Part shown: one piece after another, positions 26,178 to 43,373 of the stretch
Layout: each line of letters begins with the position of its first letter
How positions within the stretch are numbered: the stretch's first letter is position 1
Assembly (NCBI GenBank): GCA_033442325.1
Contig: JAWQFM010000010.1
Coordinates: 941,727-1,005,726 of the forward strand
Length of the DNA: 64,000 nucleotides
From: Salpingoeca rosetta
Lineage: Eukaryota > Protista > Choanoflagellata
Direction of reading: 5' to 3'
Position numbers and translations under genes: made by a program
Notes under the pieces: model-generated
Seen by the model: only the letters and a program-made list of their open reading frames with translations
Databases searched by the model: none
Told to the model about the DNA's origin: nothing

Positions 26178-28264
26178 GGGTGTGTGAGGGCAGGGGCACA
26201 CTACTGACAAAACAAAGCAAGCACAAGAAATGGGCAACTGCAGCCTCCTCAACCCAGCCCCTCTTCTCTCCACTCCCCCGTTCCCCACGCACACAGTAGG
26301 GCACGCACCGCCATCGTGCGTGATGGAGAATGTGGGGAGGAGGTGGTCTGGGAGACGGCCGTAAATCGCCTCCAAGATGAAGATGATGTCTCGATCAGTC
26401 AGCCCGCGTGCGGCCATGGCGGGGCCGAGGTTGTTCGCCCTGGAGCGGTGCAGTGGGTCAGGCGATGGGGAAGGCATGCGGGGGTCAAGGGGGTCAATGA
26501 GTGAGGGTCGGTTGGTGAGGAGGGAGAGGGTGTACTGATGGTGGTGATGGTGATGAGATGTGGTGCTGTGTCGTTGAGCTGTGGCGTGGTCTGATTGCAT
26601 GCGTTGGAACGGGTGGTTTGGAGACAAGTTGAGGAGGCCTTGGACACGATTGCGACAAGGATAAGCAAGCTAGCAGCAGCAGTCAGTCGCAGTGTGCGTA
26701 CTGGATCATGTGCTTGAACATCTCGACGGACGCCTCCTCATGCTGCCGTGACAACCAGAAGCAAACAAACACACATAGCACGCAGCGAAAAAACATGTGA
26801 CAAGAGCTCAAAGTGAGAACACGAACCATGTCGGTGACAAAACTGCACACACAGTCGCGTTTCAGTTGCAAACGCCGACCGCCACCACCATGGCCACCAC
26901 TATCACATATTCGCCTGCCTCGCTGGTGTACACCCACCGTCCAGGTGCTTCCCGGGTTGACCTCCTTCATGAACCAGCCGTCAAAGAGATGGCTGAAGGG
27001 ACCGTGTCCCAGGTCATGGCACAGGCCGGCAATCTGCCGCAGCAGAGAACATTGGCATTGTGTGAGGTGTGTGTGTGTTGGGAGAGACAAAGCGTGTCAG
27101 TGAGTGTGACAGAGGAAAAAGACAGTCCGGCATGTCATGTTGGCACGACGTTCGAGTGAGTGTGTTCAACATACGCCGTGGTCGAGTGTGTCTCAGCAAC
27201 CACGGTTCAAACCCTTACAGGTACGCAACAATAACTACATGGTACACACTGTGGCTCTCTGCTTGATGTACCTTGACGCACAGCTCATCCTGTTCTGAAA
27301 TCAGGTCCTTGAGGTTCTCTTGCTGCTTCAGGACATCCAGCAGCTCCCCTGCCAGCCACGATACCCTACAAGGCGTGCAATGACGAGTGCAACAAGGACG
27401 TGCGCATGTTAAACCATTGCACGCGCGTTCATGCAAACGCCCATCAAGCACGCCATAAACATAGTAAGCAAGAATACATATGCACACACGCACACACACG
27501 CACACACACACGCACACACACACACACACACGCACACACACGCACACACACACACACACATACGCACACACACACACGCGCGCGCGCACGCAAACAAGCC
27601 CAACACCATCCACTTCACTTCGTACCCAACAGAGTGCTCGAAACGCGTGTGGGTGGCGCCAGGAAACACAAAGTTGGTTGCACCAAGCTGCTTCAACCGG
27701 CGGAGCCGCTGTGTTTGTGATGTTGTGGTGTTTGCAGACCAGTTGAAACGCAAATGGCATGAGTTGAAGAGAGTAAGCAGTGTTTCATGCGCACGCATGT
27801 CTCAAAAGGCTAAACGAATGGTCCAGTTGGAGCAGCAGTGCCAGCAGCAGCAGACAGGCCGCTGCTGCGTGCATGCGTACCTGGAATTGTGGCGTGTTGA
27901 TGATGGCCATGCACAGAGGGTCCACATGGATGTGGCCATGCACTGGGTCGTTGAACACCTGTGAGTTGCGCGTGGTTTGGGAACACAAACCAGCCAGGCC
28001 GGATAAGCGAAGAAGACAAAGAAGAAGACGAAGCGCAAACAAGCTCAAGGGGCATGCATGAAGGGGTGCCGCAGCACAGCAAAGAGAGCAAGACAACACT
28101 GTCAGGCGCACACACACATGAGTGTTCGCTGTGATATGATGACACACTCACACACACTCACACACACTCACAAGACACACACACACACTGCACTGCACTA
28201 CACTGCACTCCATGGCACTGAAAAGCGTGGTCCTTCCTCTGTGTGCCCTTACTGCTTCGCTCAT
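22427..28264 (-). CDS. SAMHD1: SAMHD1-like HD-domain dNTP triphosphohydrolase lacking a SAM domain
   Basis: MSEA|[55 protein letters not shown] (HD motif), [42 protein letters not shown] and [17 protein letters not shown]. The metal-binding H...HD...D set is intact. Confidence 0.92.
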
Positions 28265-28514
28265 ATCCGCGATCTTTTGCAGCAGCTGTCAAAAGTGACA
28301 GGTGTGATATTTTGGACGAAGACGAAACCGCCACGAAGAAGGTAACACAGAGAGAGAGGAGAGAGAGAGGCAGAGAGATGCTCTGTGTTGATGGTGGGTG
28401 CAGTGAGTGGTTGGAGTGTGTTCAGAGTCATGTGGAGGGGGTTGCGCCGCTTGGGATACCTCACGCCACTCACATTTCCTCGCACCATGGGTTTGTGTCA
28501 GAAACAGAAGAAGC

Positions 28515-33390
<4,876 letters not shown>

Positions 33391-33771
33391 GGGCAACACG
33401 GGAACGTCGTGTTGCTGTTTGCACAAGTGATGTGTGGTCGCTGTTTTCTCACTCGACAGCTTGGTGGTGGTGGTGGTGGTGGTGGTGGTGGTGGTGGTGC
33501 GTGTGTGTTGTTGATTGGTCATCTCCAGAGGGGAGGTGGAGGAGGAGATGTAAAGTATGAACTGGTTTGCCGAACCGTTGCTGGTCACACGATCATTCCG
33601 TGTCTGTATTGTCTCTTGCTGGTTCTGTGTACGATTGTGTACTCGTGCTTGTGTGCTGTACATCTGTGAATCGTTGGGATTCATGCCATGTCACATGATC
33701 AGAATAAACATGTTGCTGAAACTACTACGCTCTGAAAACACGGATGCCATCCTATCTGCCATTCATAACAC

Positions 33772-33837
<66 letters not shown>

Positions 33838-33859
33838 CACATACACACACACATGCGTC

Positions 33860-34014
33860 TCAGCGCTTGCTGCTTGCGGTCTTTGTCTTCTTGAGTTTTG
33901 CTGACGATTGTGCGCTTGATCGCTTCGAAGCGCCGCCGCTTGATTTCGCGTCTTTGGTCGTCGTCTTCTTTGCCCTGTCAGCCCAATGCTACCGTGAGCA
34001 AAGCAATCAGGGCA

Positions 34015-34053
<39 letters not shown>

Positions 34054-34788
34054 GCACACGCACACGCACACACAAACACACACGCACGCACACACACACA
34101 CTGTGTAACACTGCAGAGCATAGTTGCGCAACGCACTTTTCTGCCTGCTTCAAGGCGTCGTAGCATGCCCTGATGCGTGCCTTGTTCGCTGCGGACACCT
34201 CCGCGTGATCAACAATCGGCTCTGGGTAATCCTGCACATCAGTGTTGCGTTTGTTGGATGTGTTGTTACGTTGTAGTTTGTGCGTGTGGTTGTGTTGCGG
34301 AATGCCTTGTGAGCTGTGTTGCGCAGGGTTCATGAATGCTTCTGTTTCATTTCAGCGCGCAAGGCAGGAGCAGAGTTGAGTGGTCAGTCAGCAGTTGCCG
34401 CACACCTTGCCAATGATGCACCCGCAGCTTCGCTGTACACCGGGCGGCGCTTTCCACGGCTCATAGATGTACCTGAACACACACACACACACATACACAT
34501 ACATGCACATGTGTTGGATGTCAGGCGGTGAGATGCGTTGTTAAGATGCAAACAATGACCAAATCGATGGCGGAGGCTTCAATGACAGCGCAGTGTTCAA
34601 TCCTTATCACCCATCATGTTCCACTCGCACATGCAGAGGCATACACAGCACACGCGCGGCAGTACGTGCAAACAGCAACTCACTTGTCTGGAAACGCCTT
34701 GAGCTGCGGGAGGTACTTGCGGATGTACGCGCCAGATGGGTCGGTCTTCTTCCCAAACGCAACAGGGCTGTACACGCTGCCATGGGCG

Positions 34789-34851
<63 letters not shown>

Positions 34852-37263
34852 CAGCGCAGCGTGGAGTGATGGTAGTGATGATGGTGGTGAGTCGTGGGTG
34901 GTCGGAAATGAGAGAGAGGGGGGGGGAGTTTGGTGACGCCTTAGATGTCCTCGAAAGAACGCGAGGCACAAAGGGACGAAACTATCCATGCTCGGTACTT
35001 GTGGCGGTTTATCATTGTCACCGCTGTGAATGACTGCAAGTGTGTGTGTGTGTGGGGGGGGACAGACGGGTACATTGAGGCTTGTGCGATGAATTACGCG
35101 CACCGAAAGTACTGGTAGAAGAAGCTGGAGCATGAGAGCCACATCCTGTGTGCATTAGTGAAACGCAATCGAGTAGTCGGAGTGGTTACAGAAGTCAAGT
35201 TGAAAGCACGTCGGGCGTGTGAGTTGCTGTACATTCTCATGCAATTGACCGCACCTGGCACGCATAGCACACACAAACGATTCAAACGCTACTGCAAACG
35301 CACACACACACACACAGAACACACAATACACACAACACACATGCACAGAACGCACGCGCACATGGCCACAGCTGCAACTAACCAATTGGCGCTGTTGAGA
35401 TGCCAGTCGGCGTCGACGAGCAAGCGATCAAACACTTGCTGTCAAAGTTACAGTCCAGGCGATGATGGGGAGGGGAAAGCGTAAGCACAGTGGGCAGCAG
35501 GTGTGTGTGTGTGTGATGGCGTGTCATTCCCACTATCTTATCCCTGAATACTCTCAACCCCCCCAGACACACACGTACGCGCGCGACTCACCGCGCCCTT
35601 CTCCCAAGACTGGTACAGGTCACCGCGGGTGAGGAAGCAAGCGACGGCGTGGCGCGCAAGGTGGTGCAACCAGCCCTCCCGCCGCAATTGCGTCATGCAC
35701 GCGTCAATCCACGGATACCCCGTGCGTGCATTCTCCCAGGCAGCGAGCAGGGCGTCGTTGGTGTCCCAGTCGATTTGGCGGCAAATTCGGTTGCCCTCCA
35801 TGCGATCAAAGTTCTTCACGGCATATCCGCACATGTGGAAGAATTCGCGCCACAGCAGCTGGCCGTGCAGGGAGACGGGCGGCTTGGCGTGGTCCCGGTA
35901 CTCCGCGTACACGCGTGCAAGCTCGTGGTAGAAGAGGCGTGGTGACAGGCAGCCAAACTTGAGGTACGGAGAGAGCCCTGTTGTTGACGGTTCGAGCGTG
36001 TTTGGGCTTGTCTTTGGCTTTTCAAAGTGCGCAATCCACGCCTTTCGCTGCAGGTGGCGGCGCATTCGCTCCAGCGCCTCTGTCTCCCCGCCAGGAAAAC
36101 GCACCTGAGCAAGGTGTGCAAGTGCGTGCGTGTGAGTGCGTGGACGCGCGAGCGATGTGGTTAGAGACAACAGCAGCACACGAGCGAAGACGCCGCAGCG
36201 GTGTGCACGGCACCTCGTGTTCATCGTCATTCCACTCGTAACCCATGTCCTTGAGCGAGGGTACGTCAAAGCGGTGGTCATCCAGCTATTCCAGAGGGAA
36301 CAGGAGGAAAGAGATGGAAGGGAGAGAGGGTGAAGGAGGGGCACGTGTATTTGGCACGTGTATGTGTATGCGCGTGTGTGTTGTGTTCACGGTTGTGTCA
36401 TGCGGCATGTTGTGAATCCTTGGCGTGAGCTACAGTCACGCAATCATATGCATGCATACAGACAGACAGACAGACAGGCAGGCAGGCAGACAGAAAGACA
36501 GACAGACAACCAAACATACATACACACATACATACAAACATACATACATACAAACATACATACGTACATACATACATACATACATACATACATACACAAG
36601 GCACAACACCACAAACATATTCATGCACATAGTCACACGTAAGTGAGTGTACAGCGTCTGTGCGTACCAGCGTGGATGACTGTGGGAAGTCCTCTTTTGT
36701 TGGGGCAGACAGCGCGGCTGGCACTTTGCCAAGCCGTCGAAACAGCGTTCCAAATGACGAGTATGTCAGCGGAATCTGTTGCCCATATGCATGCGGTGCG
36801 AGGTTGTGGATGTTTGCGCGCGTGTGTGTGCGTGTGTGTGTGCGTGTGTGTTTGAGCAAGAAGACATTGGAGAATGTGTGCTGCGTGTGCTGTCTATGTG
36901 TGGTGTGGGTGATGCTGTCGTTGCAAGGTTGCATTTCTATCCTACCTTGTCTGCACCGCCCGCTTTCGCAATGTATTGCTCCGGGTCATGAAGTGTGTGT
37001 CCAACTGTTGTAATCACCTCAATTCCATGCTAACAGTCACACATAGACATATCATCAACACGAAGGCCGTGGTGCGTGGCAAAGTGAGAATGCTGTAAGA
37101 AGGCTGCTTGTTCTCTCAGCTGCCTGTGCTATATGAGGGGCGTGAGCTGTCCACACACAAGACCCTACACATGCGCACTCTGATACACGTACGCACACAC
37201 ACGCACGTACGCACACACACGCACACACGCACACACACGCACACACGCACACACGCACGCACG

Positions 37264-37313
<50 letters not shown>

Positions 37314-37566
37314 CGCACACACACGCACACACGCACACACACACACACACACACACACGCACGCACGCACACACACACACGCACGCACGCACGCACACAC
37401 ACACACACACATGCACACATGCACACACAATTCCGCGCACCTTCTCTGCGAGCTCACGGGCCTGTGTATCGCGAAGCTTGGCGTACGGTTCGGTGTCGCG
37501 TTCAAACGTCAGTCTGGTCACCTCCCACTCCTATGCAAACAAATGTCAATGTCATGAGACGAGGCG

Positions 37567-37641
<75 letters not shown>

Positions 37642-37960
37642 GATGCTCATGCTGGTGGGATAGCGGTGCCGACCACAAAGGATCATCATACCTTGAACTT
37701 CTCCTCGAGGGCCTGGAGGGGTTTGCCCTTGAGCACGTAGAGCCGCGATCCGAGCGTACGCAGGGACTTGTCGAGGTCGCGCAGCGATTCAAGCAGGAAG
37801 TTGTAGCGGACCACGCCCACAAACTCGGGCTTGGCAAAGTGTGGATCCAGCACAAACACTGGATACACCTGTGGAGAGGTGGATGCGAGGCTGAGCAACA
37901 CGTTGTTTGTGCCGGCCACTCAAAAGCAAGAAGAAGCCTGATGCACCTGTTTGCTTGTTT

Positions 37961-38013
<53 letters not shown>

Positions 38014-38188
38014 CATGCACACACACACACACACGCACGCACACACACGCACAGGCGCACACACGCAAACACGCACACGCACGCACACGCACCTGCTTGG
38101 CGCCCTTCAATGCTGCGAGAAGTGCAGCATTGTCATGAAGCCGAAGGCCCTTTCGAAACCAGTGAATGCTTACTGCACCGCCTGACAT
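33860..38188 (-). CDS. (6-4) photolyase / animal-like cryptochrome
   Basis: [117 protein letters not shown] and DYPEPIVDH, followed by a basic C-terminal tail. Confidence 0.93.
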
Positions 38189-38313
38189 TGTTGCTGTTTG
38201 TTGTTGGTGGTGGTCGGGTGGTTGTGTCGCTCCGCGAGGCTTGGGGAAGGGACGATGCAGGAGGAAGTAATCCGAGTGAGCGAGCTTGTCGCAGCACTTC
38301 AGACACACTTCAC

Positions 38314-38366
<53 letters not shown>

Positions 38367-38604
38367 TGTTTGTTGATGATTGCGGGTTTGTGGTGCAATG
38401 CCGCGCCTCGTCTTGACCTGCGGCTGTTTGAATTTGGCGGCGCAAACCGCCACAGAGAAAAAAGAAAACTTTCTTCCTTCACACTTTGGCGGTTCATTGT
38501 TTTGTGTGTGGTTGAGGAGAGGGTGTGCACCAACACGGAGCAGAGCAGCGCCGCAGAGAGGAGAGCATCGTCACCGCTATCACAACCGCACGCACGGCAG
38601 CGTC

Positions 38605-39403
38605 ATGTCTGCGACGGTGTCGAGTCTTCGGCGAGAGCTGAAGCAAGCCAAGGAAGCCCTCGAGCAGCGCAAAGGCGAAATCGAGGAGGTGCCACCAACT
38701 TGCGTATGTGTGATGTGTGTGTGTGTGTGTGTGTGGTGTTTGTTGGTAGGAGAGAGGCTGCGTCCTCCTTGGCTCTTCTTGGTCTGATGTGACTCAGTGA
38801 ACGACATCACACCCATCACAACATACCACAATGTGCTCGTGTTTATGTTGCTGTGGCAGCTCAAGCGCAAGCATCGCCTCGACTTGGACCGTCAACGCAA
38901 GCAGTTTGAACTCAAATATGGCGAAGCATCATCGTGAGTCCGCACACCCCCTTCAACACACTGACTGACATTCCTCTACCCAGCGTGCTCCACCAATCTG
39001 TGTCCGTTCGCCTCCACGTTGATGCACGCCCTGACCCATACACGCCACTTCCTCACGGCGCATGTCTGTGGTTTGTGGCGATAGGCACCTCAGTTCTCCA
39101 CGCCAGACGCCAACATCCACGCCGACCCACACCCTCAAGCGCTCAGTGACATTTGCAGATGGCACCAGCCCGGCAAAGGCTGATCTCAAGCACACCGTGC
39201 AGCAGCAGGAACACGAAATTGCTCGGCTCAAAGCTGAAGTGCAGCACCTTGTACGTCGTTCAGTAGCTCCCGAACCTCGACCATGCCAACCTATGATGTG
39301 CCCACACTCATCCCTGGCGTTTAATCTGCTTTGCAAACACATTTCATCAGTCTTGTAGCACACTCACATCCCATGTTTCATGACACACACGCACGCACGC
39401 ACG

Positions 39404-39438
<35 letters not shown>

Positions 39439-40701
39439 CGAGGAACAGGCCACTCGATTGTGATTGAGGAGGACGGAAGCGGCGCACATGTGAGCAGTCT
39501 ATGCAGTCAACACTTTATTGCATTCGACGCCACAACTATGTGACTCAGCCTGTGGTACACGCAAACCAACCATTGATACCCAGCTGACTCTCCTCTTCTT
39601 CCCTTTTGTACACGTGTCACTATCACCGATTGCAGGAATTGCGGCGTTCGCACGAGGCGCTCGTAGCGGAGAAGCTGTCGCTCGAATGGCGATTCTCAAA
39701 GGTGCCCACGGCCAGCTCGTGTTGCGCTCTTCTGATTCCCCCCCCCCCACACACACCCACGCCCGCACACCCACACGCACGCACACACGCACACACACAC
39801 CCACACGCACGCACACACGCACGCACACACACACACACACGCACACACACACACACGCACACACACCCACGCCCGCACACGCACGCACACACACACACAC
39901 TCGCACACGCACAGCAGCATGCACTCACACCATGTTTCTTGCTTCACTCTTTGACTTTGCCGCCGTTTCGTCCACGTTTGTCAGCTGTACCGCAAGTATG
40001 ACCGCGCTCACCGCGAGAACGTCGTGCTCGTCACGCGCGTCGAATCCTTGGAGCGCGAACTGGCTGCCCTCAAGTGTGTACACACAAACACACACACATA
40101 CACACATACACGCACAGTGCGTGTTTGCTTGTCTGTTTGACGTCCCCACAAATGCAGCTTGCCACGCCCTTGAGGCAAGACGCAGCTGCCTTTGCTTTGT
40201 CACCGGCTCGCTGTAGCCAATGCACAGCTTGTGGCAAACGCCGTGGATCTGACATCGCCGTTGTTTTCTACCTGCATTGTGCGCGTGTGCTTGCTCTCAT
40301 GCTGCAGGGAGGGCAAGCCGTCGCCTGAGGCTGATGCTGCTGTTTCGCGCGCAAAGGAGTTGGAAAAGAAGGTCGCCGACCTCCAAGCGCAGCTCAAGAC
40401 TGCACAGCAACAAGCTGCTGCCGCGGCCCCGAAGGTGTGCACGTTTGTGCTTCAAATTGCGCTATCTTGTGCATTTACTTGTGTGTGTGTGCATGTGTGT
40501 GTGTGTGTGTGTCGTTGTGAAGTGGGTATTGGCACAGCACAAGTCCACACCCGCCCAGCCACGCTACACAGCTCACAGCAAGGCTGCAATCTTTTTTTAT
40601 TTGTGCCATCTGCCCTGCCAGCCGTCCCAGCCGGATGCATCGAATCAGGAGCTGCACATGAAACTTGCAGAGACCGAGGACGCCCTCCAGAACGCACAGG
40701 T

Positions 40702-40770
<69 letters not shown>

Positions 40771-41663
40771 GCACGCATGATTCTCTTGCTTGTTGGTGTC
40801 ATTGGTGTGATCCAGCCATCATTAGATGGTTGAATGCTCGCAAATCAAAGCACACGCAGCAGCTTGCCGTCGTCTCCGTCCTTCCTTTCCACACACACAC
40901 ACATACACACACACACACTCCCCCCCCACACACACACACATACACAACCGCATGTGCTCGACCAAACACACTCACACATTGCAACCCTGAGCAGGTTGTT
41001 GCTGCTGGCATGGCTGCGCGCATCTCAGCGCTTGAAGACGCCGGCGCCGCCGCTGCCCGCGCAACACAGGAGCGCGACACAGCCCTGTATGTTGCCAGCA
41101 TACACATGTTGCTTGCAGTACCAGGAGGAATGGTCCCATCACTTGCACGTTAAACTTGCACATTGAACAACACAATGCCGGCGTATGCCCCCACATGTTT
41201 CTCTTGCGCGCCCAGCCACATACACCACTTATCACACTGCTTGCCCGCTGTACTCACGACTCCCATCATGTGCGTGTCTGCCTTTGATTCTTTGCCCAGT
41301 GCGGAAATTGCCCAACTCAAGGCTGCCCTCAACGACAAGGTAGCGTCGTGCTCGTGGTGTCGCTTGTGGTGGTGTCGCTTGTGGTGGTGTCGCTTGTGGT
41401 GGTGATGATTGTCTCCACAGCGCTTTGGTTTTTTTAACATCTGATGTTTCGTTCACCTGCACGTGTCCGCGCGCTGTCTGCTCCTCGCCCCCTCCCACTT
41501 CCTCGGCCCCCTTCTCGCTGCATTGTGGCCACACTTCAGCTTGGGATTTCAATGGACGACGTGACGAACCTCGATGGCCTGGACCACGAGCAACTCAAGG
41601 CAAGAAGCCATCCGCGCCTCTTTGTGACCCGACTCGATGGGAATCACATTCTTACCCTAATCT

Positions 41664-41729
<66 letters not shown>

Positions 41730-43304
41730 ACACACACACACCTAACTGTGTAGCGTGTTGCCGGTGCACTGAAGCGGCGGATGGCGGTGCTGGAACTGGA
41801 CAACACGCGACAGCGCGCAGCACAGGCGCAGTTACAGCGGCAGCTCTTTGACGCGCAGTGCAAGGTGGAACAAACCAATCCCACCACACTGCCCTTGCTC
41901 CTACCTGGATCCTTGTTCGCGATTGAATTCGCTTGCATACCCATGTGCCAATGCCATCACTCACCCTCTTGCTTGTCGCCGTGCACATGTCCCTGTGTAC
42001 ACATGTTCCAGGTTGGCGAAGCAGCAGCGAAGCTGCAGGCAACCGAGGAAACGAGCACAGCACGCGTGGACGCCATCCAAAGGTGTGCATGGCACCTCTC
42101 TACTTTGTGCGCAAGCGGTTGTGCTTTGTCCCCTTTTCGACACTCACACAAACAACACACACAACACACACACACATCGATGAACGCCTGCCTCTCCACT
42201 CCACTTAATCGTTCCCACAGACGGCTGTTTGAGGCTGAGCGCGCTGCCGCACATCCACACGACACATCTGCGGCTGCCCAACTGAAGCTCGTACGCTATC
42301 ATGCGGCGTGTGTGCATGTGTTTGTGTGTGTTATGTGTGTGTGTGAGTGCGTTTGTGTTTGTTGTGTGAGGGTGAATGTGTTTGCGTTTTGCGTGTGTGT
42401 GTGTGTGTTGTCATCCTGGCAGTCGTGCATATGCACTCACGGCTTTCCATGGCCATGTGCTCTTTCTTCTCCGAGCACCGGCACACGTTGCCACACAAAA
42501 AGAGCGCCAAGCCTTCATGGTTGTGCCTCGTAACCGTGCTTGCTCACGCCAGCCCTGCAATGGATACGTGTTGATGGCGTGCGAACACCAGGAGAATTAC
42601 GATCTCCACGCTCAAGTGCGCGGCCAAACAGAGGCGCTGAACGAAATGACGGCCAAAGTCAACGCCGCCACTGCCGACCGGTGAGCACGCTTGTCCCTGG
42701 CTGACTCGGGTGTATTCTGCTTGTCATATCGTTTGCACCATGTGTGCAAGCAATAACTGCACACCACCACCACCCAGCACTGCTGCTGTCAACAAAGCTT
42801 GCCTGCTGTTTCCCCAACCCATTCACCTCTCCCTCTCACCCATCCCCGCCTTCTCTCGCGCTCTGTGCGTGGTTTTCTATAACCCCCCTCCACCCCCACT
42901 TCGATACAGGGATGCGGCAAAGACGGCGGCTGTGCAGGCGGAGGCGCAGCTGAAGGCTCTGCAGCTGGAGAACGAGCACCTTCGCCAGATGCGGCAGCAG
43001 CTTGTTGCGGACATGCGCGGGCACACGGACCAGGCAGCAGCGGACCGGGCACTGCTGGCCGCCTTCCAGCGCGAAGCAGACGAGGCCGCTGCCATGGCTA
43101 CGCGCCTCCTCATGGACAACGCGGAGCTGCAGGCAAAGATTGAGGTGCGTGCTGCTGGTGGTGGTGGTGGTGGGTGGGGAGGGGGGAAGGGACCGTTTGG
43201 GGCTTGCTACGAGCCGGCTGATGGTTTGCAGAGCCTTACATTCATCCTGCCTTGCCTTTCTTGAACCGAAATGCTCATCACGCTTCCTCCCCCCTCTCTC
43301 TCCT

Positions 43305-43373
<69 letters not shown>

